From NCBI GenBank assembly GCA_963754925.1, contig CAVWHX010000004.1:512001-576000 (forward strand): a stretch of DNA of 64,000 bases, given 5' to 3'. A program made the position numbers and the translations under genes. Source of the DNA: an uncultured delta proteobacterium. GTDB taxonomy: Bacteria > Myxococcota > B64-G9. Of the stretch, positions 9,048 to 18,979 are shown in pieces (positions within the stretch are counted from its first letter, which is position 1; the number at the start of each line of letters is the position of its first letter). The notes beneath the pieces are model-generated. The model had not been told where the DNA came from, searched no databases, and saw nothing but the letters and a program-made list of their open reading frames with translations.

Positions 9048-11678
9048 GTGATTATACCATCGCCCGCAGATCGCATCCTCATATCAAAATTAGTGCTTGC
9101 GGAAACCAAGGATGCAGGCGAATTTCTTCAGATGGCCCTCTTGGAGAAGTTGCGTACGAAGCTCATGAACAACGGAAGGGTAGCCGTAGCCCTACCGATG
9201 CGCCGGCCGCTGATAGCGTTGGCGATCGGCTTCGCTGCCGGCATCCTGCTGCAGCATCTCGCACACCCGAACACCAATGCGGCTTGGATCATCTGCGGGA
9301 GCTCGGCGCTCGCGGCTTCGGTATTGGCCGTCCTGCGATTGGGTGGCGAGTTGCGGTTCTTCCTATGGCTGATCTCTTTCTGCGCCTTAGGCTGCGCGCG
9401 AGGAGACACGCAGCCGAGCCGCACGCAGCCCCGACCGTCGCCGTCCCCGCCCCCGTCCGGCCGCGTGGTCGTGGATGCTACGGCACGCTCGGCGTGGCGC
9501 GTCACGCCGGACTCGGCCCAATTGGATGTCGAGCTGCTGTCGCTACGTACGCTCGGCGAAGACGAGGAGCCGGCCCACGGCCGAGCGCGCCTGACGGTCT
9601 GGCGAGAACCCCTCGATCGGCCAAGCGTAGCGCAGACACAACCCTGGCCGTGTGCGCCGAGCTTGCCCGGGGACAGGCTGCGGTTGCTTGCTACGCTGCA
9701 CCTGCCGCGGAGTTTGCACAATCCCGGCGTGCCCGACAGCACGCAATACTCGTCATTGGATGAAATCGATCTCGTCGGCACCATCGAGTCCTGCGCAGAC
9801 GTGCTGCCAATCGCTGACAAGCCGCCCGCATCGTTACAGCGCGCAATCGAATCCTGGCGTCTATCAATTGCCGATTTCTTGCACCGCCGCGATGGCGATC
9901 CCGGCGCGATTGCAATCCTGCTCTCCCAAACGAACGGCGATCAGGGCGCGATCCCCAAACCGTTGTACGAGCGTTTTCAGACGTCGGGTCTTGCCCACAT
10001 TTTGTCGATATCGGGGTTGCATATCGGCATTGTGGCCGGAGGCCTCTACTGGCTGCTCGTCCGCCTCCTGTTGCTTTCGAGCTGGCTTACGCTCCGCTGC
10101 GACGTGCGCCGGGCGGCGGCATCCCTGGCGATCCCGATAACGATCCTTTACACATTGCTGGTCGGCGCCCAGGTGCCGGCGGTGCGCTCGTGTATGATGG
10201 TGCTGTGTTTTCTGCTCGCGGTGATCATCCGCCGCAACTCTGATCCGCTGCAGACCTTGGCCGCTGCGGCCGTTATGATTCTGGGGGTTTTCCCGCAATC
10301 GCTGTTTTCGATTTCTTTTCAACTGAGCTTTGTAGCGGTGTTCTCGATGCTCCTGGGCGTTCCGGCCCTCCAGCGCCTGGTGCGGGTGCCGACGGAACGC
10401 GCCTTGAGGGAACGCTCGTGGCGGCGCCGCCTGCCAGTGCGGGCGCTGCAATACCTGCTGGTGTCATTGGCCGCAACCCTCGGCACGGCGCCGCTCGTGG
10501 CCTGGCATTTCAATCAGATAAGCCTCATAGGACCAATGGCGAACTTGCTGGCAGTGCCGCTCTCAACCATGCTGATAGTTCCGGCCGGGCTACTGTGTGT
10601 GGTTCTGCTGCCCTTGAGCCAAACCGTGGCCGGCTGGGTTGCAGACGGTGGCGTGGTTTTGAGTGGCTGGTTGGCGAGATTGGCAGAGTGGTTCGGGGGT
10701 TTGCCGGTTGCTTCAATACACGTACCGACGCCGCACCTCCTGACCTTGGGACTCTGCTATGCCGTGATGATTCTCGCGCTCATGATTGGTCGCTTACGCC
10801 ACGCAGGCAAAGCGGTGCTGGCGGGCGCTGTTGCGTTAACCGTGACGGTCGGCTGGGGCTACCTCGAACCACGACTCTCACAGGAGTTGCGGGCGACGTT
10901 CATCGATGTCGGCCAGGGAGACTCAACATTGATCCGCTGCCCTGGCGGAGAAAGCTGGCTTATAGACGGCGGCCCCAAAAACGATCGCTTTGACGCCGGC
11001 CGCCAAGTGGTGGCGCGGGTGTTATGGAGCCAGGGGATCGCCCGTTTACAGGGTGTCATCGCAAGTCACGTTCACCCCGATCACATTGGCGGTCTTGCCT
11101 CGGTCATCGTGCTTTTTCAACCCAAAGAAATCTGGCTGCCCGAGGATTGGCGCGATAACCCGGCGGCCGCCGAGCTTACTGCGGCTGCCCGCCAGGTCGG
11201 CGCGAACATTAAGATTGTTAAAGCCGGCGATAGTCCACCGTCAGGGCGAGCGTGTGGTTTTGACGTGCTCTGGCCACCTGAAGATACGGCCAGATTCGAA
11301 GAAAATGATCGCTCGTTGGTCTTACGCGCGAGATACGGCCGACGAGCATTCCTCCTGGTTGGCGATCTGCAAGCAGAAGGCGAGCAGGGATTGCTGAAAC
11401 GTCAGATGTCGCTGCGTGCGGCTTGGCTGAGAGCTGACGTTCTCAAGGCCGGCCATCATGGCAGCAGCGGCGCCGGCAGCACGAAGTTTTTGGATGCGGT
11501 GAAGCCTCGTTGGGTTGTGATCTCGGTAGGCGCAGGCAATGTGTATCGCCTGCCCCACCCGCAAGCGCTTAAGCGTTTTGCCGCGACCAACGCCGTAATC
11601 GTACGCACCGATACACACGGCGCCGTCACCTGTCGCACGGACGGCGAAAACCTCAGCTGCGAATCGGTTCTGCCGTAG
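9048..11678 (+). CDS. comEC: DNA internalization competence protein ComEC/Rec2
   Basis: GLAHILSISGLH, SFQLSF, IDVGQGDS, SHVHPDHIGG, HHGS; true start probably downstream (9132-9198). Confidence 0.95.
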   Translation: MIIPSPADRILISKLVLAETKDAGEFLQMALLEKLRTKLMNNGRVAVALPMRRPLIALAIGFAAGILLQHLAHPNTNAAWIICGSSALAASVLAVLRLGGELRFFLWLISFCALGCARGDTQPSRTQPRPSPSPPPSGRVVVDATARSAWRVTPDSAQLDVELLSLRTLGEDEEPAHGRARLTVWREPLDRPSVAQTQPWPCAPSLPGDRLRLLATLHLPRSLHNPGVPDSTQYSSLDEIDLVGTIESCADVLPIADKPPASLQRAIESWRLSIADFLHRRDGDPGAIAILLSQTNGDQGAIPKPLYERFQTSGLAHILSISGLHIGIVAGGLYWLLVRLLLLSSWLTLRCDVRRAAASLAIPITILYTLLVGAQVPAVRSCMMVLCFLLAVIIRRNSDPLQTLAAAAVMILGVFPQSLFSISFQLSFVAVFSMLLGVPALQRLVRVPTERALRERSWRRRLPVRALQYLLVSLAATLGTAPLVAWHFNQISLIGPMANLLAVPLSTMLIVPAGLLCVVLLPLSQTVAGWVADGGVVLSGWLARLAEWFGGLPVASIHVPTPHLLTLGLCYAVMILALMIGRLRHAGKAVLAGAVALTVTVGWGYLEPRLSQELRATFIDVGQGDSTLIRCPGGESWLIDGGPKNDRFDAGRQVVARVLWSQGIARLQGVIASHVHPDHIGGLASVIVLFQPKEIWLPEDWRDNPAAAELTAAARQVGANIKIVKAGDSPPSGRACGFDVLWPPEDTARFEENDRSLVLRARYGRRAFLLVGDLQAEGEQGLLKRQMSLRAAWLRADVLKAGHHGSSGAGSTKFLDAVKPRWVVISVGAGNVYRLPHPQALKRFAATNAVIVRTDTHGAVTCRTDGENLSCESVLP

Positions 11679-11783
11679 GATTGGCCCTGATCAGCGTTCA
11701 ATTCAGCTACCTTGATGCGTTTATCATACCTGCGTGCGAGCCTCGCGGTTTTCTCGATGAAATAGCTAGTTATAGTTTTCTCC

Positions 11784-11815
11784 TTGACAATTATGAACAT
11801 ATGTCCATAATTGTC
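11784..11815 (+). promoter_or_regulatory. Sigma-70 promoter overlapped by a 30-bp near-perfect palindromic operator
   Basis: TTGACA (11784) -16 nt- CATAAT (11806); GACAATTATGaACAT|ATGTcCATAATTGTC at 11786-11815, one mismatched pair. Confidence 0.75.
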
Positions 11816-11832
11816 TTAGGAGGTGCCCTGAA

Positions 11833-12165
11833 GTGCCTAGACCATTTTGCTGCCGACGCGTTACCGGACGACCAGCAGCTCAGATCTTCAAGCCGATTGG
11901 GATCCCGGTGCGCGATCTCGAAGAAGTAGTGATGGCCCTGGACGAGTTCGAGGCTATGCGACTCGCGGACCTCGATGGGCTCTACCAGGAACAAGCGGCT
12001 CTGCGTATGAACATCTCCCGACCGACATTCAGCCGGATCATCGAATCAGCACACCGGAAGATGTCAGATGCGCTGGTGCATGGAAAAGCGCTTCGAATCG
12101 AGGGCGGCCCCGTGCGGATGGAGGGGCGTCGCTGCTGTCGATTGCATGATGCCGAGAGCACCTAG
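11833..12165 (+). CDS. DUF134 family HTH protein
   Basis: MPRP..CRRV, DEFEAMRLADLDGLYQEQAA.RMNISRPTF, ALVHGKALRIEGG. Confidence 0.9.
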   Translation: MPRPFCCRRVTGRPAAQIFKPIGIPVRDLEEVVMALDEFEAMRLADLDGLYQEQAALRMNISRPTFSRIIESAHRKMSDALVHGKALRIEGGPVRMEGRRCCRLHDAEST

Positions 12166-12230
12166 TGGAACTCATAGCCTATAGCGGGCTAATACGACCA
12201 ACACTTTTTTCAAAAGGAGAAGATTTAGTC

Positions 12231-12596
12231 ATGAACATCTGTATTCCAGTCGATGAGGATAAAGGGCTTCAAAGCCCGGTTTGCGCCCACTTTGGATCGG
12301 CGCCGGCCTTTATGATCGTGGACACCGATAGCGGAAGCTGCCGGGCGATTCCGAATCAAAACCAGCACCACGGCCACGGCCAGTGCATGCCGCTCGCCTC
12401 GATTCGCGGCGAGCCCATCGACGGCATGGTCGTCGGTGGTATCGGCATGGGCGCCCTCAATAAACTCAGAGCCGCCGGTATCCAGGTCTATGTTTCAAGC
12501 CACGCGACGGTCGCGCAGACCGTTGATGCGTTCAAGGCAGGGGCCTTGAAGTTGATGCTGCCGAACATGGCTTGTGCGGGCCACGGCCATCCGTAA
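12231..12596 (+). CDS. NifB/NifX family (FeMo-co biosynthesis domain) protein
   Basis: HFGSAPAFMIVD, HHGHGQC, GGIGMGALNKL; AGGAG RBS before ATG 12231. Confidence 0.9.
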   Translation: MNICIPVDEDKGLQSPVCAHFGSAPAFMIVDTDSGSCRAIPNQNQHHGHGQCMPLASIRGEPIDGMVVGGIGMGALNKLRAAGIQVYVSSHATVAQTVDAFKAGALKLMLPNMACAGHGHP

Positions 12597-12622
12597 TACG
12601 GCCCCAAAGATCAGGAATTACT

Positions 12623-12929
12623 ATGAGCCGGGACCGATCTTTCGAGTTGCTCTCAAACGGTAGCTTGGCGCTGATCCTTCCGAGAGGCGTGTATTCAAAC
12701 AACCGCGCGCCAGGCTCACCGGGAGATCGTCGAGAAACTGCTTGCCGAGTCGTCACCGGACAAGGCGCTTACGGTGTTTGTCGATCTTCTGGAGCGCTTT
12801 CTCGTTTCGACGGATTTTGCGCGCCTGCGCACCGAGCACCCGGAGCTTGCCGGAGGAACTCCCTGCCGCGTGCGGCTTTTGAATGGCGAAGACGGGTCTG
12901 TCTGCTGGGAAGTGGTTCGATCGGCATGA
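12623..12929 (+). CDS. Hypothetical protein of about 100 aa, split by a +1 frameshift near 12683 (not in the ORF track)
   Basis: MSRDRSFELLSNGSLALILP continues in the +1 frame as EACIQTTARQAHREIVEKLL...DFARLRTEHPELAGG...RSA*, whose TGA overlaps the next ATG. Confidence 0.55.
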
Positions 12930-13237
12930 AGAAACTCAATACAGAAATTTCCGTGCATCGACCGGCGATTGACACGACTATGTGCACCAACTGCAAGTCC
13001 TGCATAGTGTGTTGTCCCACCAAGGCGATTCAGGAACCCCTGAACTATTCCTGCGCAAAGTGTATCAAGTACTGCATGACTCTGGACGTGCCGTGCAGAC
13101 CGGCGGGTGTCATCATCCGCTACGAGCTCTGCGATGGGTGTGGCCTTTGCATTTTGTCCTGCCCGAATGATGCAATCCACTGGTGCGAAACAAACCTAGA
13201 TGCCGAATGCAGCGCGCTTATGCAAGGAACCGGATGA
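12926..13237 (+). CDS. 4Fe-4S dicluster ferredoxin-like protein
   Basis: CTNCKSCIVCCP and CDGCGLCILSCP plus an extra CAKCIKYC motif. Confidence 0.85.
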   Translation: MKKLNTEISVHRPAIDTTMCTNCKSCIVCCPTKAIQEPLNYSCAKCIKYCMTLDVPCRPAGVIIRYELCDGCGLCILSCPNDAIHWCETNLDAECSALMQGTG

Positions 13238-13438
13238 CCGAGCCTCGCTTGTGACGTGTTTATTGACCTCTGTGGGCATTGAAAGGAGAACCGTGCAAGA
13301 AAATCACCGTTCTAACCGAAAACTCGCCTGGCCCGAAGAAATCGAAAACCGAGCTTGGGTCGAGGCTGAATGCTCTTCACACCGGTATGCGGTTCGAGGT
13401 GTGAGGGATAGCTTTTATGGTTCGTCTGCCGCCCGTTT

Positions 13439-14320
13439 TCACGGTGCCTTGCGAAACACGAGAAAGGTTTGGTAGGGGAGGAGCATCGGATGTTCGGATT
13501 CGAGGCTAAGCCCCGCCTTTGCAGCTAGTTCCACCATCTGCGCGCGGCTGATCTTCACGGACTCGGGTGGCCCCTCGGGCAGGTTGCCTTCCTTGAACTC
13601 AATCAGCACGAGCCGTGCGCCGGGCTTCATCTGCACGGCAATCTTGGCTAGCCAAGCCGCCCGATCCGGGACGTGGTGCAGTACATCACAGACGAACACC
13701 AGATCAGCCTCGGTGGGAATTTTTGGATCATCCGGCCGGACGAGTTCCGCCTGAACGTTTCGGAATCGCTCGGTCATGGCCTTGTGATGGATGTGGCGGA
13801 TCATCTCGGCCTCGGTGTCAACCGCGATGACTTTTCCTTGAGGCAAAGCGCGTGCCAGCCGGAATGTGAAATAACCCGAGCCGGCGCCCAGATCGACGAC
13901 GGTCTCGGCGCCACCGAGTTGCAGGACCGCGACAACTTCGTCGGGCTTCTGCCAGGCAGTGCGGTCGGTCCGCTCGAGAAAGGCGATGTACTGCTCGACA
14001 TCCTCGAAAGGCCGCAGGTGCGCCGGATCGATGCCCTGCTTGCGCAGCGGGCAATCTATCGGTGGATGCGCGGGGTCGTGCGCCTGGCCGGAAGCTGCCT
14101 GGAGTCCGTTTGAGCCGGCATTCTCAGCAATGCGCTGAGTGGTGACCGATGCCGTTGGAAACGCGGCGCGGGTACTAATGCTGGAAGTGGTGCTGCCGTT
14201 ATCCCTACTCGGGCATCCGCCCACAAGGATGCCGACTGCTAGCGTGATAACCGGCAAAAACCGCAGGCGCTGAGCGTCAACAGGACGTTTCGATGACTCG
14301 TTAAGATTCATAATAATCAC
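13439..14320 (-). CDS. Class I SAM-dependent methyltransferase with lipoprotein-like signal
   Basis: VVDLGAGSGYF, DVLHH, KPGARLVLIEF; N-terminal LAVGILVGG-C. Confidence 0.85.
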   Translation of the reverse strand: MIIMNLNESSKRPVDAQRLRFLPVITLAVGILVGGCPSRDNGSTTSSISTRAAFPTASVTTQRIAENAGSNGLQAASGQAHDPAHPPIDCPLRKQGIDPAHLRPFEDVEQYIAFLERTDRTAWQKPDEVVAVLQLGGAETVVDLGAGSGYFTFRLARALPQGKVIAVDTEAEMIRHIHHKAMTERFRNVQAELVRPDDPKIPTEADLVFVCDVLHHVPDRAAWLAKIAVQMKPGARLVLIEFKEGNLPEGPPESVKISRAQMVELAAKAGLSLESEHPMLLPYQTFLVFRKAP

Positions 14321-14413
14321 TTATTATAAGGTAGTTGAAGACACAACTGTCTGCAGAGCCGAACAGTGGTATCATCTCGCCACCAGCTTCATGGCATACG
14401 TGATTTACGCCGC

Positions 14414-15046
14414 TTACCCGCACGAGCCTGCCTTGCGCTTCTGCGGGCCCTCGATCTTAATCTTGCGGGTGAAGGTGCGACCCTCGATAGCCTTCAGGCC
14501 CGGTTCGCTCTCCGGGTGACGGCCACCCAGGGCGGCATCGAAAGCGTAGCGGCGGCAGTCGTCGGCGGGGCAGTCGGCGCGCATGGGCCTAAGCAACCCG
14601 GGCCGGCCGAAGGCCGCAAGCCACCCATGGATCCCGCCGGCCAGGAGGTAGACCCGTGGCGCGCGCGCCGCGGTCAAAAGCAGCCAGCCCTCGGCCGCTC
14701 GGCCCTCGCCGTTGGAGATGAGCACGACGATGGTCTCGGGTGGTAGGTTCATCGCGAAGCGCCGGTCGCGTAGCTGCTCCAAAGTTATCCGCTCGGCATC
14801 CACCAGGTGAAACAAATTGTACTCGTTTTCGTCGCGCAGATCGAGCAGGCGCAGGTGCGCGCTTGGGTTGTAGTTCAGCTCAAGCAACTCGGCCGGATCG
14901 ATACGCACCACGCCGGTTGCAAGCTGCTGCTCGAGTTCCGTGCGTTTCTTACTAAGCCGCTCTTTGGGGCTGGGACTGCCGAGCAGCCACAGCGCACCTG
15001 CGGCCAGCACGGCCAGTGCGGCTGCGATGCGCTTTCCGGTCAGCAT
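14414..15046 (-). CDS. Membrane-anchored rhodanese-like domain protein without active-site Cys
   Basis: LLDLRDENEYNLFHL and VYLLAGGIHGW; active-site loop reads VLISNGEGRA; ends in GSCG. Confidence 0.8.
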   Translation of the reverse strand: MLTGKRIAAALAVLAAGALWLLGSPSPKERLSKKRTELEQQLATGVVRIDPAELLELNYNPSAHLRLLDLRDENEYNLFHLVDAERITLEQLRDRRFAMNLPPETIVVLISNGEGRAAEGWLLLTAARAPRVYLLAGGIHGWLAAFGRPGLLRPMRADCPADDCRRYAFDAALGGRHPESEPGLKAIEGRTFTRKIKIEGPQKRKAGSCG

Positions 15047-15642
15047 GGTGTGCCTCGATCGCGAGTGGCAAAATAGGCTTCCACGCGCTCGGCAAGCCAA
15101 AACATGCTCAAAGCCATCACCACGACCATGAAGACTACCAACCCCGGGTTGAGCCCAAGGAACTGCGGCAGGGTAACCTCGCCGTAGTCGCCGGAGCTAT
15201 CGAAGAAGGCTTGAAAGCTGCCAACCGTTTCGCCGAACACGGTCGCCCCGACCAGTAAGCCCACGACGAAGAATAGTCCGTCGAGTTTGAGGGTGGCCAT
15301 GGACACGAGGGCGGTGCCGGGGCAATAGCCGCCGATGACAAAGCCCGCCCCAAAGATGAGACCACCGACAATTCCCGGCCACAGGTGCGTGGGGTTGATG
15401 TACAGCGCCCCGGGACGCAGCCAGCCCAGGGAGTCGGCGGCGAAGATCAACAGCATGGCGGTGATGATAGCGGTGAACATGACCTTGAGCACCCGCATGT
15501 CACGCAGGTAAAATTGCGCAGCCAGGTTGCGGGAGTTACCGAAACCCGCCTGCTCGAGCATGAAGCCGAAGAAAAAACCTGTCAGTACATACAGCGCATT
15601 GATCCCGTAGTGGCCCAGGATATCTAAATTCAGCGGAAACAT
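15040..15642 (-). CDS. YeeE/YedE sulfur-compound transporter family protein
   Basis: GFFFGFMLEQAGFG, GGLIFGAGFVIGGYCPGT. Confidence 0.9.
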   Translation of the reverse strand: MFPLNLDILGHYGINALYVLTGFFFGFMLEQAGFGNSRNLAAQFYLRDMRVLKVMFTAIITAMLLIFAADSLGWLRPGALYINPTHLWPGIVGGLIFGAGFVIGGYCPGTALVSMATLKLDGLFFVVGLLVGATVFGETVGSFQAFFDSSGDYGEVTLPQFLGLNPGLVVFMVVVMALSMFWLAERVEAYFATRDRGTPC

Positions 15643-15654
15643 AGCGATTCCTCC

Positions 15655-16173
15655 TTAGGTCCACTGCCGGCGAACGAAGTAGGCAAACGCATAGGCGCCG
15701 GCGAACACAGCAAACATAAACGCCCAGGAGCCGGCAGAAAGCACCGCGCCTCCCGACAGCGCCTGGCTGGAGGTACAGCCGCGGGCCAGACGCACACCGA
15801 AGCCCGCGATGGCGCCACCCAGCAACGCGTAGGCCCAGCGTGCCCGGGGTCCGATGTGCGGCCCATGGTAGGTTTCTATCCGCACCCGCCCGGCCAGCAG
15901 GCCGGAGGCTAGGCCACCCAGCAGCACGCCCAGGATCTCGAACACCAGCCAGGTGTCGAGAGGGTTTTCCTGGGTTTTGATCAGATTTACGAGATAGGCG
16001 CTATTCTCGGCATGTTCAGGAAGCAAGGCCGCCTCGGTCGCGCCGGCAACCACTCCCACCCCGCCGGATGCGCCGAGGCCGTGGCCGAAGACCATAAACG
16101 AACCGAACAGCACCACCCCGAGCAGCACGCCAGCCAGATAGGGATTCAGGTAAGCCCAACTCTTGCGTTTCAT
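15655..16173 (-). CDS. YeeE/YedE sulfur-compound transporter family protein
   Basis: NPYLAGVLLG, LGASG, GFGVRLARGCTS. Confidence 0.9.
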   Translation of the reverse strand: MKRKSWAYLNPYLAGVLLGVVLFGSFMVFGHGLGASGGVGVVAGATEAALLPEHAENSAYLVNLIKTQENPLDTWLVFEILGVLLGGLASGLLAGRVRIETYHGPHIGPRARWAYALLGGAIAGFGVRLARGCTSSQALSGGAVLSAGSWAFMFAVFAGAYAFAYFVRRQWT

Positions 16174-16817
16174 GACTGCTGGTCCTCCTTCCGGCATTCG
16201 TAGCGACTGACACCAGTGAGCATTGTCTTTATATTCGCCCATATGGTGGCGCCCGTGGTGGTCATGTAAATGTGCAGAATCAAAAAAGCGGCAAACAGCC
16301 ACGCTCCGAAACGATGCAGCGGGGCGATCGCTGCAAGCCCACCAAACCAGCCGAGCACCTCCGGAAAACGGTCTACCTCCAACATAAGCAACCCGGTCAC
16401 CACCATAAATGGCAGCAGTAGGTTGAGAATCATAAAGTAGGTAATCTTTTGCAGCGGTAACAGCCGCTTTTCAGGCGTGCGGTCGAAGGGATGCGGATCG
16501 CCCCGGAAGATGCCAAACAAATAGTACTTGGCGTGGCGCACCCCGAGAGGGAAAAAATCTCCGGCGCTGGGAATATAGCGCCGCAGTAGTCCGCTGGCGA
16601 GATTGTAAAACAAGGCCAGGCCGGCGTTGAGCAGCAACACCCAGGCTGCGATGTTATGCACCGCGACTGATTCGCGAAAGGTTTCGGGCACAAAACCTGG
16701 AGGGAAGGCTATCAGAAACCCGGTCAAAATGAGCACGACGGTCGTCAGCGCTTGAACCCAATGCCAGAGCCGTTCGTAACGGGTGTACATCACCGCTTCT
16801 GCAGCAGGGGTGCTCAT
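16170..16817 (-). CDS. Di-heme cytochrome b subunit (Ni-hydrogenase cyt b / PhsC-like)
   Basis: ERLWHWVQA, VAVHN, PLQKITY, LHRFGAW..FLILHIY; four TM helices. Confidence 0.88.
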   Translation of the reverse strand: MSTPAAEAVMYTRYERLWHWVQALTTVVLILTGFLIAFPPGFVPETFRESVAVHNIAAWVLLLNAGLALFYNLASGLLRRYIPSAGDFFPLGVRHAKYYLFGIFRGDPHPFDRTPEKRLLPLQKITYFMILNLLLPFMVVTGLLMLEVDRFPEVLGWFGGLAAIAPLHRFGAWLFAAFLILHIYMTTTGATIWANIKTMLTGVSRYECRKEDQQS

Positions 16818-18979
16818 GCGTTGCCTCCCGAGCGCCCGCGCCGTCGACGGGTCGCGAAGCGCAAACCGCCATGGATCGTCGAGCCCACGACGACACCGGC
16901 GACAAGCAGTAAGCCCGCGATGTCCAGGGTATTCACCCCTTCCGCGCCGTGTACGTACATCCCTATCGGCTGACGTACCGGTTGAAGCAGAACGCGCCCG
17001 TCCTCGGCCTTGAGAATTGCGCCCCCGAGCGCAGTAGAAGCGTCGCCGACCAATACCGGCAGCACACCACCCGGAGCGAAACTAGCGAGTGTAATTGGTC
17101 GAGACACACGGCTTTCCGCACTATGGCAGGCGGCGCAGTCGCGGACGGCAAGCGTTGTGTCAACTACCGCGTGTGCCATGGTGAAGGGCTGGATTTCCGC
17201 CTGAATGCGCGGTCGATCCACACCAACCGCCGTGAGCCTGGCGGCCACAGCCGCAACCTTGGTTGGATTATCGAGGCGCAGCTCAGCAGCGCTGAGCGTT
17301 CCGTCGCCATTATCGTCGAGAGCGGCGATCACCGCCGGGTGGTAACCGCCTTCCGCGAACAGGGCCCGTTCGAGGTCCAGCCGGCGCACCGGGTGGGGCG
17401 GATCGCCTTCCACCCAGAACCAGGCGGTGTGCAGGGAGTGCGGTTGCAGGCGGCGCACGCCGTCGCGGCTTTCGTGTATCAGCAAGGCCGGGACCTGGCC
17501 GGTCAAGAGGCTAGCCGAATCGTCCACCGGCCCCGCGACGCCCCTGTAATTCTTAAGCGGCTCACGGTCCGGTCCGAGCAGCGTCCAATCGGTGCTCTCC
17601 CGCGTGGGCGCCCAGACCTCCGGAATGTGACAAGAGGCGCAATCGAGGCGGGCGAAGTGAGTGCGTGGAAAAGGCAGGAAGGCATGCACCGCCTCGGCGT
17701 CGTGGCAGTCGCGGCATTCGCGCATAGTGCCGTTGAAACGCCGCGCCACCGTGCCCTGGGCGGTATCGCCTTTGACCAGATCGTGATCCGGCCGGTACAG
17801 ATAGGCTTTCTCGTCCGCGCGCCGGGCGTCGAACAACAGGTGGCTCGGCGGTTCGGATCCGGCCTCCTGCTTGCGATCGTAAGCGGGGTTGTTAGGAGCG
17901 TGGTGACAGTTGGCGCAAGTCACGAGGCGCTCGGCGTGGACGTCCCAGGCAGAGTTAAGACGATTCTTATCGTGCAAATTCATGCCGCTTGCGCGCACGC
18001 GGGCCGGGGAGAACACCGCGCCGGTGGTCTCGGCCGCCCAATTGTCCCGGGAGCTCTGAAACACCACTGGATCGACACAGCGGCAAGCGCGGCCATGGCA
18101 CTGCATACAGTTTTCGGTGCGTGCCCAGCCCAGGCCGAGACGCTCGGCACTCACCGTACCATCCGGGTTGAAGTTTTCAGCCTTCCAGGCGAAACCATCA
18201 CCGTTGCGAGCGACCAAGCCGCTCTGGAGCAAGGTGGCGGTAGAAGCCCAGGAGAAACGGCCCTGGCGCAGCGTTTGGATCCGCGCTTCATTATCCGGAT
18301 TTCTGGCATGGCACAGCAGACAATTGAGCTCCACCGTGCCCGAAGCCTTCCAATCCCAGAGACGCGGTTGCCCCGTGGCGGGGTCGAGCACATGGCTATC
18401 CGGGTCATTTGGGTCTGCGGGCTCACGGCGGTCGAGGGGCTTGCCGTCGATTCGGCTGTGCTCGGCCGGCCCTCCGCCGACATGTCGCGCGCCAAAACGC
18501 TGGATCCACTCCGCCGTCCCTAAATCCAGTCGAGTGGCCCCAGGGGGGCTAAGCCAGCGGTAGACGAATGGATCCCAGCGGCCGAACATTCCCGGGCTCG
18601 AGTCCCAGGGATGCGAAAGCGGCGCTTCCCCCGGACGGGTGAATTCATCCAGGCCAACCAGGGAATGGTAATTGTGGCCGGCAATGAAAGCCGTATCGTG
18701 GCACCGCCCGCACGAGCGCATCAAAGACAGCGGCCTGCCGGAATGCAGCACCTGATTTCCGGCGTCATCCAGTAACGGCACCGCCGGGTGAATGTCGGGG
18801 AGATTCTCGCGGGGCGGCGGGCCCACTCGTCGAATACTCACCGGGGGCGGCTCGGCCGGATGGGCGGGCGCGGAAGAGTTCTCCGGCGCGACGGACAAGA
18901 CTGACGGCGGCTCGGCAGCCGAGGCCCGCAGGGCCATAAAAGCGATCCCGAAAAGCGCCTTGACGACGGTTCGGGTCAT
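16814..18979 (-). CDS. Multiheme cytochrome c (7 CxxCH) with C-terminal membrane anchor
   Basis: CGRCH, CLLCH, CMQCH, CANCH, CRDCH, CASCH, CAACH; signal peptide; EF-hand-like DDNGDGTLSAAE; C-terminal TM helix. Confidence 0.85.
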   Translation of the reverse strand: MTRTVVKALFGIAFMALRASAAEPPSVLSVAPENSSAPAHPAEPPPVSIRRVGPPPRENLPDIHPAVPLLDDAGNQVLHSGRPLSLMRSCGRCHDTAFIAGHNYHSLVGLDEFTRPGEAPLSHPWDSSPGMFGRWDPFVYRWLSPPGATRLDLGTAEWIQRFGARHVGGGPAEHSRIDGKPLDRREPADPNDPDSHVLDPATGQPRLWDWKASGTVELNCLLCHARNPDNEARIQTLRQGRFSWASTATLLQSGLVARNGDGFAWKAENFNPDGTVSAERLGLGWARTENCMQCHGRACRCVDPVVFQSSRDNWAAETTGAVFSPARVRASGMNLHDKNRLNSAWDVHAERLVTCANCHHAPNNPAYDRKQEAGSEPPSHLLFDARRADEKAYLYRPDHDLVKGDTAQGTVARRFNGTMRECRDCHDAEAVHAFLPFPRTHFARLDCASCHIPEVWAPTRESTDWTLLGPDREPLKNYRGVAGPVDDSASLLTGQVPALLIHESRDGVRRLQPHSLHTAWFWVEGDPPHPVRRLDLERALFAEGGYHPAVIAALDDNGDGTLSAAELRLDNPTKVAAVAARLTAVGVDRPRIQAEIQPFTMAHAVVDTTLAVRDCAACHSAESRVSRPITLASFAPGGVLPVLVGDASTALGGAILKAEDGRVLLQPVRQPIGMYVHGAEGVNTLDIAGLLLVAGVVVGSTIHGGLRFATRRRRGRSGGNA

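Noticed and set aside
12231..12596. Nitrogen fixation gene
   Set aside because: Stand-alone NifB/NifX domain in a DUF134 context; no nitrogenase genes in the window.
12572..13237. 221-aa ORF read as one ferredoxin
   Set aside because: Better explained as a frameshifted hypothetical gene plus a ferredoxin starting at 12926 with an ATGA overlap.
16949..18523. 524-aa plus-strand ORF
   Set aside because: Antisense shadow of the multiheme cytochrome gene.
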